This document shows, in pieces, positions 40,220-49,871 of a stretch of DNA of 64,000 nucleotides. The first letter of the stretch is position 1, and each line of letters begins with the position of its first letter. Under the pieces are notes generated by a model. That model had not been told where the DNA came from. It saw only the letters and a program-made list of their open reading frames with translations, and ran no database searches. The position numbers and the translations under genes were made by a program. The stretch spans positions 25,614-89,613 of the forward strand of contig SCQF01000046.1 in NCBI GenBank assembly GCA_004321905.1, in the 5' to 3' direction. The DNA comes from Verrucomicrobiota bacterium. GTDB taxonomy: Bacteria > Verrucomicrobiota > Kiritimatiellia > CAIQIC01.

Positions 40220-40343
40220 GCCTAACAAAATCGGTTGAGCGAACCGCCGCCCCGCTTCGCCGCTCAACGTCGGGCGGCAGTTCGAGCGTGCCTCGTACGC
40301 TCCACCCCCACGATCGGCGACGGTCTCACCCCTGTCGTTCGGG
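40220..40343 (+). mobile_element. Isolated integron attC-like site
   Basis: GCCTAAC (RYYYAAC) ... GTTCGGG ends; inner inverted arms TGAGCGAACCGCCGCC / GGCGACGGTCTCA; 124 nt. Confidence 0.6.
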
Positions 40344-40378
40344 GACCGTATAAAACCGTAAATTTTTGTGCCAACTTA

Positions 40379-40407
40379 TTGACTTTTCCGGCCAATCTGC
40401 TATCAAT
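40379..40407 (+). promoter_or_regulatory. Putative sigma70 promoter of sbp-ahcY
   Basis: TTGACT-N16-TATCAA(T). Confidence 0.5.
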
Positions 40408-40447
40408 CCGCGCCCGCCGCGAACGGCGGAGGAAACGGAGAACGACC

Positions 40448-40603
40448 ATGTCCATGCATCCTAGTTTGAAGTCGGCGAGCAAGATCACGGCGAAGCGTAA
40501 CGTGCTCAAGCGCTTCGAGCGCATTGATATCATGCGCAAGAACGACAAGTGGAAAGAGGGCGACCGCGCTTACGGCTTGCCGAAAACCAAGCAATCCGCC
40601 TAA
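40448..40603 (+). CDS. PVC-superphylum signature small basic protein
   Basis: [26 protein letters not shown]...W.....AYGLPKTK matches the recalled family pattern. Confidence 0.9.
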   Translation: MSMHPSLKSASKITAKRNVLKRFERIDIMRKNDKWKEGDRAYGLPKTKQSA

Positions 40604-40641
40604 TCACGTTTGCTGCTGGCCCACCCGTCCAAGGAGTTGCC

Positions 40642-42057
40642 ATGAAGCAGAAGAAATCCATCCGCAAGGGCGATTTTATCGTCAAAGATATGTCCTTGGC
40701 CGAGTTTGGGCGCAAAGAAATTGAGTTGGCCGAGTTTGAGATGCCCGGCCTGATGGCGATTCGTGAAGAGTTTGACAAACAGCAGCCCCTCAAGGGCGCG
40801 CGCATCGCTGGTTCGCTCCACATGACGATTCAGACCGCCGTACTGATCGAGACGCTCCAGCACCTTGGCGCGAAGGTACGCTGGGCCAGTTGCAACATCT
40901 TCTCGACGCAAGACCACGCTGCCGCCGCGATCGCTGCGCGCGGTACCCCCGTCTTCGCCGTCAAAGGCGAGACGCTGGCAGACTATTGGGAATACACCGA
41001 CCGCATTCTCGACTGGGGCGACGAAGTCCCGAATATGATTCTCGATGACGGCGGCGATGCGACGCTGTTCGTGCACCTTGGCCATCAAGCGCTGACGAAT
41101 CCTTCGATTCTCAACCGCAAGCCGGGCAGCCCCGAAGAGAAAATCCTGCTCGCGCAGGTCAAGAAGGCCGTGAAGAAGAATCCGGGCCGCTTCGCGAAGA
41201 TGGTCAAGACTATCCGTGGCGTCAGCGAAGAAACGACCACCGGCGTCCACCGGCTCTATCAGATGATGGAACGCGGGGAACTGCTTTTCCCTGCCTTCAA
41301 CGTCAACGACTCCGTCACCAAGAGCAAGTTCGATAACGTCTATGGTTGCCGCCACTCGCTCGTGGACGCCATCATGCGCGCCACCGACGTGATGCTCTCC
41401 GGCAAGGTCGCCGTCGTCGCCGGCTTTGGCGATGTGGGCAAAGGCTCCGCGGCCTCGCTGCGCGGCCAGCACGCCCGCGTCATCATCACCGAGATTGATC
41501 CCATCTGCGCCTTGCAGGCCGCGATGGAAGGTTATGAAGTGATGACGATGGGCGAGGCCAGCAAGATCGGCGATATCTTCGTGACCACCACCGGCTGCTG
41601 CGATGTGATCACCGAGCAGCACATGAAGCAGATGAAGAACATGGCGATTGTCTGCAACATCGGTCACTTTGACTCCGAAATTCAGATCGAAGCCATCCGC
41701 AAATACAAATGGGAAGAGATCAAGCCGCAGGTTCACCAAGTCACGTTCCCTTCAAAGCGCAGCATCATCGTGCTCGCGGAAGGTCGCCTAGTGAATCTTG
41801 GCTGCGCGACCGGCCATCCGAGCTTCGTGATGTCGAACAGCTTCACCAACCAGACGATGGCGCAGATTGAGCTCTACTCGAACCCGGGCAAGTATCCGAT
41901 CGGTGTTTATACGCTGCCAAAGCTCCTCGACGAAAAGGTTGCGCGCCTGCACCTCGGCAAGCTCGGCGTCAAACTCGACAAGCTCACGCCCGCGCAGGCC
42001 AAGTACCTCGGCATCCCCGTTGCCGGCCCGTTCAAGCCGCACCATTACCGCTACTGA
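40642..42057 (+). CDS. ahcY: Adenosylhomocysteinase
   Basis: [33 protein letters not shown] and [14 protein letters not shown] motifs; AAGGAG RBS. Confidence 0.99.
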   Translation: MKQKKSIRKGDFIVKDMSLAEFGRKEIELAEFEMPGLMAIREEFDKQQPLKGARIAGSLHMTIQTAVLIETLQHLGAKVRWASCNIFSTQDHAAAAIAARGTPVFAVKGETLADYWEYTDRILDWGDEVPNMILDDGGDATLFVHLGHQALTNPSILNRKPGSPEEKILLAQVKKAVKKNPGRFAKMVKTIRGVSEETTTGVHRLYQMMERGELLFPAFNVNDSVTKSKFDNVYGCRHSLVDAIMRATDVMLSGKVAVVAGFGDVGKGSAASLRGQHARVIITEIDPICALQAAMEGYEVMTMGEASKIGDIFVTTTGCCDVITEQHMKQMKNMAIVCNIGHFDSEIQIEAIRKYKWEEIKPQVHQVTFPSKRSIIVLAEGRLVNLGCATGHPSFVMSNSFTNQTMAQIELYSNPGKYPIGVYTLPKLLDEKVARLHLGKLGVKLDKLTPAQAKYLGIPVAGPFKPHHYRY

Positions 42058-42059
42058 TT

Positions 42060-42105
42060 TTCCAGGGCTTGGAAAATTTTTCCGCGCTTTTTCCAAACCT
42101 TGGAA
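42060..42105. repeat. Palindrome doublet after ahcY
   Basis: Units at 42060 and 42091 (31 bp). Confidence 0.9.
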
Positions 42106-42169
42106 AACCGTGCCGGACAGAGTTGAACTATCCGCCATCGGCGTGCTATAGTTTGCCTGTCTTAAGGAG

Positions 42170-42847
42170 ATGATCATGAAAAAACAATTTGGCGTTTTGG
42201 CGGCGGTACTGCTCGGAACAAATTGGGCGGCGTTGGCGGGCGGCACGGTGGTCGTCGCACCGGCGCGCTACAACGTGATGCAGGTGGGCCTGGACCTCGC
42301 GGCCCGTAATGGCGTCACACTGGTCAGCTACCAAGGCGAAGCCACCACGGCCAAGCCGCTGATCCACGTCTGGAATGGGCAGGAATGGAACTTTGTGGCA
42401 TTGGAAGATTTCCAAGCCGGTAAGTTCCTGAGTGAAAAGCCGAAACAGACCGTGGTCGTCGGCGATGAACAGATGGTACCACAAGCTTTCGCCCCGATCT
42501 CCGCATGGGCCGGCCAGCAGCAGACCATTCGGGCCATTGAGACCGAGGCGCTGTTGAACCAGTTGGGTACGGCGCTCAAATTCCGCGACGCGGATTGGCA
42601 GTGGTATGCCAGCCGTTACAATCTGAAGTTGCAAGACCTCAACGCGCCCAAGCGCAAGACGAGCATTTACGACCAACCATTCGGTCAACCTTTTACGCTG
42701 AAGCACCGGGGCATGACGCAAAAAACGAGCGAAATCCAGCCACCTGCGCCGCCGCCCGCGAAAACGGAAGCGGCCGAGCCCAAGCCCGCGGTAGTAGAAG
42801 CGCCTGTTCTGGAAACACCCCCGGTGGAAAAACCGGCGACGAAATAA
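42170..42847 (+). CDS. Secreted hypothetical protein with Pro/Glu-rich tail
   Basis: AAGGAG RBS, signal peptide. Confidence 0.8.
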   Translation: MIMKKQFGVLAAVLLGTNWAALAGGTVVVAPARYNVMQVGLDLAARNGVTLVSYQGEATTAKPLIHVWNGQEWNFVALEDFQAGKFLSEKPKQTVVVGDEQMVPQAFAPISAWAGQQQTIRAIETEALLNQLGTALKFRDADWQWYASRYNLKLQDLNAPKRKTSIYDQPFGQPFTLKHRGMTQKTSEIQPPAPPPAKTEAAEPKPAVVEAPVLETPPVEKPATK

Positions 42848-42857
42848 AGCGACACCC

Positions 42858-43199
42858 ATGAACCACCTGCGTCATCGGTTTACGTTACCCTTGAAGACGA
42901 GCGCGGCCTTGGCGGCGCTCGTCTTGCTGGGCACCAGCGGCTGCGTGCGTGTGCCGATCCAAAAGGAAAAGATCGAGACGCGACTGATCACGGTAACGAC
43001 GAGCAGTCAAACCACCCTGTGCTGGGACTCGCGCACGGACTTGATTTATACCGTACTGGTAGCGGAGCGGTTCGACGCCGCTCAATGGCAACCGCTGGCC
43101 AACCTCACCAATCTGCGCGGCACCGGCGCACGGATGCAGTTCCAAGTTCCCGAAGACCCCAATCATCCGCGCACGTATAAACTGTACGCCCACCCGTAG
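42858..43199 (+). CDS. Hypothetical lipoprotein
   Basis: Lipobox TSGC. Confidence 0.7.
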   Translation: MNHLRHRFTLPLKTSAALAALVLLGTSGCVRVPIQKEKIETRLITVTTSSQTTLCWDSRTDLIYTVLVAERFDAAQWQPLANLTNLRGTGARMQFQVPEDPNHPRTYKLYAHP

Positions 43200-43227
43200 C
43201 GCCCATCGAAAAATCGCGTCGTGATTT

Positions 43228-43274
43228 TTCCGAGGCCTGGAAAGCGGATGTTCGTATTTTTCCAAACCTTGGAA
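43228..43274. repeat. Palindrome doublet between convergent genes
   Basis: Degenerate unit at 43228 and unit at 43260. Confidence 0.85.
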
Positions 43275-43285
43275 AAAAACTGATC

Positions 43286-44329
43286 TCAAGGTTTTGTCGC
43301 CGCGGAATTGCGAGTTTTGAAAACAGCCATCACCGGGCGATGGTCGGAGCCTTGCAATGTTTGAGGGTGTCGAACGGCCAATGTTTTTTCCCGAACCACG
43401 TTCGCCTGCATGGCGTGGCTGACCAGGATGTAATCAATCCGCTCGTATTGATCCAGCAAGGCTGAATAATAAGTCCAGACATCGCCGAGCGGATCGGCGG
43501 GCCGCACGTCTTCCAGACATCGCGTTCGTTCGCCTTTGGCCTCGTGCAGGGCGGCGGATTCGGGCGCGTCGTTCAGATCACCCAGGACCACCAATTGCAG
43601 ATCGGGATTTTCCTTGAGCGCGGCGCGCACGTGGTTGTTGAGCAGGCGCGCCTCGTTGCGGCGCATTTCGGTCTGGCCAAATTTATTGAACACCTTGGAT
43701 TTGAGATGTGCCACCATGATCCGAAAGCTATAGGTGGGCGTGACCTGAATGGTCGCATCGAGAAAACCACGCAAGACCTTTAGCTTCGCGCTCCCCATGC
43801 TGTATTGATCATTCGTGTGCAGCGTTTGCGAAGTGATCGGGAAGCGACTCAGCAGCGCAAGATTGGCCTGATGCTGGCCACGGTGCAAATAGACCGCGTG
43901 CGGATAATCCAAGCCACGGGCTTTGAGTTCCGACCGGAAACCATCGAAGAAATCGTGATTACCCATTTCTTGCACGGCCAACACATCGGGCCGGGCGGCG
44001 GCAAGCACATCCAGAACAGCCAGTCGTTCGTCGTCCGGTTTGGGATTTTTGGCCTGGCCATCACCATCACGATCTTCATAACCATAGAGGCGCAGGTTAT
44101 ACGTCATCACCGAAAATTCATCGGCGGCAGGACGCGGTATCGTTGGCCCGGCACTCGCAGCCATGACCGGTGATGAACGGGGGCGGCAGGCCAGCGGCAC
44201 ACAACCAAACAACACGGCGGCACAGGCCACACCAGCCCAGCGCAAGAGAGAAAGACGAAGCAGTTGCTTAGCGCTTGTAGGCTTTTTCAATACGCTGCGC
44301 CACATCCTTGTAGCGGATGTCCACGCCAT
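43286..44329 (-). CDS. Endonuclease/exonuclease/phosphatase family protein (probably exported)
   Basis: VMTYNL, DVLAVQE, AHLKS, LGDLND, IDYIL and SDHRPV motifs; true start probably about 44260. Confidence 0.88.
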   Translation of the reverse strand: MAWTSATRMWRSVLKKPTSAKQLLRLSLLRWAGVACAAVLFGCVPLACRPRSSPVMAASAGPTIPRPAADEFSVMTYNLRLYGYEDRDGDGQAKNPKPDDERLAVLDVLAAARPDVLAVQEMGNHDFFDGFRSELKARGLDYPHAVYLHRGQHQANLALLSRFPITSQTLHTNDQYSMGSAKLKVLRGFLDATIQVTPTYSFRIMVAHLKSKVFNKFGQTEMRRNEARLLNNHVRAALKENPDLQLVVLGDLNDAPESAALHEAKGERTRCLEDVRPADPLGDVWTYYSALLDQYERIDYILVSHAMQANVVREKTLAVRHPQTLQGSDHRPVMAVFKTRNSAATKP

Positions 44330-45644
44330 AGATTTCCTTGAAGCGTTCGACCGCTTTGTCGGTTTGCCCCATCAAGTCGTGCAAGAGGCCCATCTCATAT
44401 ACAATGTCCTTCTTCACATCATCCATGAGCGTCAGTTCCGCGGCAGCCTTCGCCAGTTGTTCCAGCGCGATGTCATATTGACCCTTCTGCTTGAAGCAGA
44501 GGCCCAGATAGTACAGTGCGCGGGTGCGCCGTTGCGGATTACGCTGCGCCAACTGGAACGATTCCACGGCGTCCATCGTCATGCCGCGTTCATAGAACAA
44601 CACACCCAATTCATAGTGAAACTGCAAATCGTTCGGATAGCGTTTGACCAATTCTTTGGCGTTTTCAAAGATGTAGTCGGCGCGCGCCTGTTCCTGCGTC
44701 TCGGCCTCCGCCGTATGGCCAGCCGCGCGCGCCTGTTCAATCGCTGCATCAAATTTCTGGATCGCAATAGCGCTGACGGCGCGATCCACTTGCGGGTCGG
44801 CGCGCCCGGTGATTTTTTGAGCCTCTTGCAGCACCGTCAAGGCCTCGTCATAACGCTTGGAGCGCGCCAGATGGTCGGCCAACACGCGCCGATAATTGAT
44901 ATTCTCCGGCTCGCGCTGCACACGCTCCTGAAACTCGACAATGAGATCATCCAAATCTTTGCCCGTCTTGATCGCTTTCGCTTCCTGTTCCAAACTTTGG
45001 GCTTCCTTGGTGTCCTTGATGAGATCGCGGTGACTCTTGGCCCCTTCCCAGCCACCCTTGTTCATCGTGTCAGTGGCGATCGCGTCCTTAAGTTCCTTGA
45101 TCGCCACCGGATCGTTGGGCCTGGCCCGCGCGACTTCCTCGAAGCATAACCGCGACTCGTGCGTCAAACCGGTATCGCGATAGAGCCGCCCCAACCAGCG
45201 TACCCACTCGATATTTTGCGGAGCCTGCTCCCGCCCGCTCTCCAGCATCTGAATGGCAACCTCCGGCAGGTCAGCAGCAATCGCCACGTTGGCGAGCAAG
45301 ACAACAAATTTTGGCTGAAGCGGATCGGCCTTGATCAACTTCTCCGCCAATTTCAGTGCCTGCATCGGATCTTTTTTTAGTTTGGACTGGGCGGCAAAAA
45401 AGGTTGGCAGATTTGTGAGGAAGGCCATCAGATGCTTGCTGGCGCCACCACCGGCCTCGTTGAATTTGCGGATTTCGGCTGCGCGCAACCATTTGCGCGC
45501 CTGCAACAGGCGCGGCTCCAGCTCCAGTACCGCCTCGAACATACTGATCGCATAATCCAAGTTGTTACGTTCTACGGCGGTAAAAGCTTTCGCATAGATC
45601 TCACGCACTTTGCGCGGGGCATTATCCAATTGTACTTCTGCCAT
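44268..45644 (-). CDS. TPR repeat protein
   Basis: Multiple TPR-like helical repeats; start MAEVQLD with AAGGAG RBS. Confidence 0.85.
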   Translation of the reverse strand: MAEVQLDNAPRKVREIYAKAFTAVERNNLDYAISMFEAVLELEPRLLQARKWLRAAEIRKFNEAGGGASKHLMAFLTNLPTFFAAQSKLKKDPMQALKLAEKLIKADPLQPKFVVLLANVAIAADLPEVAIQMLESGREQAPQNIEWVRWLGRLYRDTGLTHESRLCFEEVARARPNDPVAIKELKDAIATDTMNKGGWEGAKSHRDLIKDTKEAQSLEQEAKAIKTGKDLDDLIVEFQERVQREPENINYRRVLADHLARSKRYDEALTVLQEAQKITGRADPQVDRAVSAIAIQKFDAAIEQARAAGHTAEAETQEQARADYIFENAKELVKRYPNDLQFHYELGVLFYERGMTMDAVESFQLAQRNPQRRTRALYYLGLCFKQKGQYDIALEQLAKAAAELTLMDDVKKDIVYEMGLLHDLMGQTDKAVERFKEIYGVDIRYKDVAQRIEKAYKR

Positions 45645-45798
45645 GGTCTCGGCTCCTTCGTTCGCGTGCACGCCATCTAACCCCCGCATCGTCGCCGGGT
45701 CAAGCAGTTTTCGCCCCCCGCACTTGCAATCCGCAAAAAAATCGGCACACTCTCCGCCCGTCGCCGCAATCCGGCACAATCACGGGAAGTCTGCAACG

Positions 45799-46821
45799 TT
45801 GAAACGCTGCTCATTATGGCTTGTTATTCTGGGGCTGCTCAGTCTTGGCGCGGCGCCGGCGTTGGCGCTTTGGACGACCCGCTCCGGCGCGCGGCCTGAC
45901 CGGCTCATCACCATTCGCGAAATTGCTTCGCGCTGCGGCTTGGAGGTTTCCACCCCGGGCAAAAAAATTGTGCTGCGTGGTCAAACTGCGCTCGTGGAAA
46001 TTTCCACCGAAGGGCGCGAAGCCAGGGTGAACGCCCAGCAAATCTGGCTGCACGCCCCGCCCGCCCGCAGTTGGGGCCGCTGGTGCCTGACCGAAACCGA
46101 CGCGCAAAAAATCATCGTCCCCTTGCTCAGTCCCGCATCCTATCTCCGCGGCTACGGCACCGCCGTTGTCGTACTCGATCCCGGCCACGGCGGCAACGAT
46201 CCCGGCGCCAGCAGCCGGCGCGGCCTGATCGAACCACGCATCGCGCTCGACATCGCCAAGCGCGTCCGCGCCAAGCTCATCAACGAGGGGTTTCACGCCT
46301 ACCTCACTCGCGATGTGGATCGCTTCATCGAACTCGACACCCGCCCGCGCCTCGCCGCCGCCCGCCATGCCGATCTTTTCATCAGCATCCATCTGAACGC
46401 CGCCGCCAGCCGCGACTCGCACGGCATCGAAACCTATGTCCTCACCTCGCCCGGTTTCCCCTCGACCTCCGGCAGCAACGGCGAAAATAGCTCCAAAAAC
46501 AACATCTGCTTCCCGGCCAACGCGCGCGATGTGGCCAACAACATCTTCGGCTATTACCTCCAGAAAAACCTTCGCACCGCGGCGCAGGCCGAAGACCGCG
46601 GCGTACGCCACGCCCGCTTCGTCGTGCTCAAAGAGGCGCCGTGTGTGGCCGCACTGGTCGAATGTGGTTTTTTGAGCAATGCCGCCGACGAACGTCGTCT
46701 GATGACCGACGAACATCGCGACGCCATTGCCACCGGCATCGCCAAGGGCATCATCGAATATGGCCGCGCCGTCCGGCGCGCCAATCCGGCGCCACCACCG
46801 ACGCAAAAAACCAACGGTTAA
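45799..46821 (+). CDS. N-acetylmuramoyl-L-alanine amidase (Amidase_3)
   Basis: VVLDPGHGGNDPGA, DLFISIHLNA, GIETY and ALVECGFLSN motifs; TTG start inferred. Confidence 0.93.
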   Translation: MKRCSLWLVILGLLSLGAAPALALWTTRSGARPDRLITIREIASRCGLEVSTPGKKIVLRGQTALVEISTEGREARVNAQQIWLHAPPARSWGRWCLTETDAQKIIVPLLSPASYLRGYGTAVVVLDPGHGGNDPGASSRRGLIEPRIALDIAKRVRAKLINEGFHAYLTRDVDRFIELDTRPRLAAARHADLFISIHLNAAASRDSHGIETYVLTSPGFPSTSGSNGENSSKNNICFPANARDVANNIFGYYLQKNLRTAAQAEDRGVRHARFVVLKEAPCVAALVECGFLSNAADERRLMTDEHRDAIATGIAKGIIEYGRAVRRANPAPPPTQKTNG

Positions 46822-46829
46822 ACCGATTT

Positions 46830-46844
46830 TTCCAAGCCTTGGAA
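46830..46844. repeat. Single palindrome unit between convergent genes
   Basis: TTTTTCCAAGCCTTGGAAAA. Confidence 0.85.
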
Positions 46845-46853
46845 AACGGCGTG

Positions 46854-47888
46854 TCAGCAAAAAATTTCGTGCAGCGTCGCGCGCACATCGGCGACGGAAT
46901 GGAACGACATCAACCGCTGCATCAAGACGCGCTGGTGCGGTCGGCCCCGTAGCAGTAACGAAGCATGCGTACGGAATTGCATACAGGCAGATTCTTCGGC
47001 GGAGTAGCGCAAACGGCGGCGATGACGCTGCTCCAACTCGGCGAGCTTGATCAAGCCGTCCAACATTTCCAGCAAGGCCTCCACGCGCTCCGCCGGCGTG
47101 GGCGGCGTCCACGGGCGATTTTCTAGGCGGCAGGCGATTTCCGCGAACAGCCACGGATTGCCGATGGCGGCGCGCCCGATCATGATGCCGTCCACGCCAT
47201 TTTCCCGCCACAGGCGCAAGGCCTCATCGGCCGAGGTTATCCCGCCGTTGCCGAAAATCGGAATGCTGCGCTCCTGCTTAATCCGTGCGATCAGGCTCCA
47301 ATCCGGCGGCCCGGCATGACGTTTGGCGGCCACTCGTCCGTGGAGAAAAATCGCCGCCGCTCCACCCTCCTCAAGGGCCTGCGCAACCTCGGAGATATTG
47401 ATGCGGTTGGCCGCCAAACCAACGCGCGTCTTCACCGTCACCGGTAATTTGACGGCCGCACACACCGCTTGCACCACCCGTTTCAAATGGTTGGGATCGC
47501 GCAGCAGTCCCGCGCCTTCGCCACGCCGCATAATTTTGGGCACGGGACAGCCGGCATTGATATCAATCGAATCGAAACGCCCCAACGACTCGGCGACAGC
47601 CGCGGCGCGCGCCATGATGTCGGGATCGCGCCCGTAAATATGGGCCGCCAGCGGACGTTCAGCGGGCCACGTCTCCAGGAAATGCAACGTCTTGGCCTGG
47701 CCGCGCGCAAGACCTTCGGCACTGGTCAATTCTGTGACGGCCAAGCCGCAACCCTGGCGGCGACATAATTGGCGAAACGGCGGCGAGGTGATGCCCGCCA
47801 TCGGCGCCAAAACGACTGGCGGCGAGATCGTCAAAGCGCCCAACGATACGGATGATTTGAGCGGCTGCGGTTGATGGGCGAGGCTCAT
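46854..47888 (-). CDS. dusB: tRNA dihydrouridine synthase
   Basis: LAPMAGIT, IDINAGCP, PVTVKTR, HGR, GNGGI and MIGRAAIGNPW motifs. Confidence 0.92.
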   Translation of the reverse strand: MSLAHQPQPLKSSVSLGALTISPPVVLAPMAGITSPPFRQLCRRQGCGLAVTELTSAEGLARGQAKTLHFLETWPAERPLAAHIYGRDPDIMARAAAVAESLGRFDSIDINAGCPVPKIMRRGEGAGLLRDPNHLKRVVQAVCAAVKLPVTVKTRVGLAANRINISEVAQALEEGGAAAIFLHGRVAAKRHAGPPDWSLIARIKQERSIPIFGNGGITSADEALRLWRENGVDGIMIGRAAIGNPWLFAEIACRLENRPWTPPTPAERVEALLEMLDGLIKLAELEQRHRRRLRYSAEESACMQFRTHASLLLRGRPHQRVLMQRLMSFHSVADVRATLHEIFC

Positions 47889-47906
47889 ACGGCATACCAC
47901 GGCGCG

Positions 47907-48935
47907 TCAGAATTTACGCAGCAATCCATGTTTATAGAGCTGGCAAATCAACTGCACATCGAGCTGATGCCCGGCCTTGAAAGAAACAATCTCGCCACAA
48001 AAGCGACCATCTTCAATCAAAGCGATGGCGGCGAGCAAATCCAACGCGGCACGATGCCAAACCACTTCCAAGGATTTCTCGCCATGCAGCAACTGCGGTG
48101 CATTGCGATAGTTGCGGCGACCGGCGATGAGAATGTTTTCGCGGCTGTAACCGAGATTGCGAATATCGGCGAAAAGCTTACCCAAGGTTTGGCAATAAAG
48201 CATTTTCCACGCGGGCGTATTGGTGCGCGCCGCCGCCGCATAGCGGAAACGTTCCGGATGCACACGAAAACGCACGCGTTGCCGCCCAATGACGTTGGGG
48301 AAGTCCACCGCGCAATCCACCCGCAATTCGGGTTGTGCCGTGCGGCACGGCGCCAGCGCCAAAAAAGCACCCGACGGCGAACAAAGCACGACCGGTTCTT
48401 TGACGGTGACCCATGTCGCGGGCTGCTCAAGCTCCTGCACCCCTGCGGATTCGACGGCTTGCACCAAGTCCATGCTGCCGTGGATGAACAACGGCGGATC
48501 ACCGGCGTCGGTACGCAACAACACATGATCCAAGCCCAACCCCACTTTCAGGGCAATGATGTGCTCGACCATGCGCAGATAGTTGTGCGGCGGGCCGGCA
48601 CGTAACACAATATTGCTGACCACATCGCCGGTCGTCCAAACATTACGCGCGGCGACGAGGAACGGCAGCGCATCCGTTTGGTCGCTCCGTTCAATCCACC
48701 AACCGCCGGATTCACGCGGCTCAAAGGTCAAGGTGCGGATGTGTTTTCCAAAAAATGTTCCGGGACCTTGGACCGTGAACGGACGCCGTAACGTGGTCTG
48801 CCGCACCGGTAGCGTTGGCAGGCGTTCATCCATCAAATCCCAGTCTACCGGCTGTTGGGCAAACGCCGCGTAACCCTGTTCCAGGGCGTGCGGCGGACCG
48901 GCCAGTAATCGTCCGAGTGGAGGTGCAGAAATCAT
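47907..48935 (-). CDS. lpxC: UDP-3-O-acyl-GlcNAc deacetylase-like protein (divergent LpxC)
   Basis: RQTTLRR, VEHIIAL..GLDH, GSM, ARTN, HRAALDLL and KAGH follow the LpxC layout. Confidence 0.7.
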   Translation of the reverse strand: MISAPPLGRLLAGPPHALEQGYAAFAQQPVDWDLMDERLPTLPVRQTTLRRPFTVQGPGTFFGKHIRTLTFEPRESGGWWIERSDQTDALPFLVAARNVWTTGDVVSNIVLRAGPPHNYLRMVEHIIALKVGLGLDHVLLRTDAGDPPLFIHGSMDLVQAVESAGVQELEQPATWVTVKEPVVLCSPSGAFLALAPCRTAQPELRVDCAVDFPNVIGRQRVRFRVHPERFRYAAAARTNTPAWKMLYCQTLGKLFADIRNLGYSRENILIAGRRNYRNAPQLLHGEKSLEVVWHRAALDLLAAIALIEDGRFCGEIVSFKAGHQLDVQLICQLYKHGLLRKF

Positions 48936-48943
48936 GGGTGTTT

Positions 48944-49408
48944 TCAGGGTTTGATCGGCAGGGAGTTATCCGCCGCGGGTGGCGCTTGGGCATCCAATTC
49001 GCTCACGACGCGTTTGAAACACTCGGGACAAATACCATGCGAAAATTCCGCACGGGAGTGCTCGCCAATATATTTTTCCAATTGCTCCCACGACTGGTTA
49101 TCGAGTTTAATTTTTTTGCAATAGGTGCAAATACGCAGGAAGCCTTGCAGAATGCGCTTTTGTTGCGCATAGGTATGGGCCACTGTAATGAACCCAATCA
49201 CGATGATACCCGCCGTCAGGATGGAGGTGCCCAGCCACGAGTTGCCCGGCTTGGGCGTTCCAAAGAAAACGTCCGAGAGATCAAGCACCTGATCCGCCCA
49301 AATCAGCGCCAAGAGCAATATGAATCCCAAGAATTGCCAAAAGGCAATCCATTCCAAAGGATTGCCCATCCCCTCCCGGCATGCCTGACTTGTCTTCTTC
49401 GTTTTCAT
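48944..49408 (-). CDS. Two-TM protein with C-terminal CxxC...HGICxxC zinc-ribbon-like domain
   Basis: ICTYCKKIK...WEQLEKY...FSHGICPEC. Confidence 0.8.
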   Translation of the reverse strand: MKTKKTSQACREGMGNPLEWIAFWQFLGFILLLALIWADQVLDLSDVFFGTPKPGNSWLGTSILTAGIIVIGFITVAHTYAQQKRILQGFLRICTYCKKIKLDNQSWEQLEKYIGEHSRAEFSHGICPECFKRVVSELDAQAPPAADNSLPIKP

Positions 49409-49460
49409 GGCGTTAACCTAATCCACCCCCGCCCAAGCTAAAGTTTGCACCTACCACTCG

Positions 49461-49537
49461 TGGTGGGCCTGGTAGGGCTCGAACCTACGACCAAAGGATT
49501 ATGAGTCCTCCGCTCTGACCAACTGAGCTACAGGCCC
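49461..49537 (-). tRNA. tRNA with CAT anticodon, probably tRNA-Ile2 (lysidine)
   Basis: GGGCCTGTAGCTCAG...CTCATAA...CAGGCCCACCA; Ile2 vs elongator Met is inferred from the acceptor stem. Confidence 0.9.
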
Positions 49538-49687
49538 ATACGTCAGGGGCATTAAACCAGTTTCTCGCCCCCGGTGCAATCATCCGCGCCAATGGGCAGA
49601 ACGTTAAACACGGGGATACACCACAGTGAAGGGCGCTTTACGCATGGAACTATGCTAGCCTCCTCGCGTAGCCATCAGTGGCTAGCT

Positions 49688-49849
49688 ATGAATAAACTTT
49701 GTATCTTTATTGGCGTCATGGTGTTCAGCTGGATGGGCTGGTGGCTCGGGGCCAAAATTGGCACCATGACGGGGTTTGCGCTCAGCAGTATCGGAAGCGT
49801 GGTGGGCGTCTACGTCGGCTGGCGCATCAACCGTGATTACCTCGGCTGA
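49688..49849 (+). CDS. Small Gly-rich two-TM protein
   Basis: MNKLCIFIGVMVFSWMGWWLGAKIG...GVYVGWRINRDYLG. Confidence 0.7.
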   Translation: MNKLCIFIGVMVFSWMGWWLGAKIGTMTGFALSSIGSVVGVYVGWRINRDYLG

Positions 49850-49871
49850 CCGTCCTTTCTTGCGGCACGCA

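Noticed and set aside
40604..40641. SAH/SAM riboswitch upstream of ahcY
   Set aside because: The gap is only 38 nt and holds an RBS but no recognisable aptamer.
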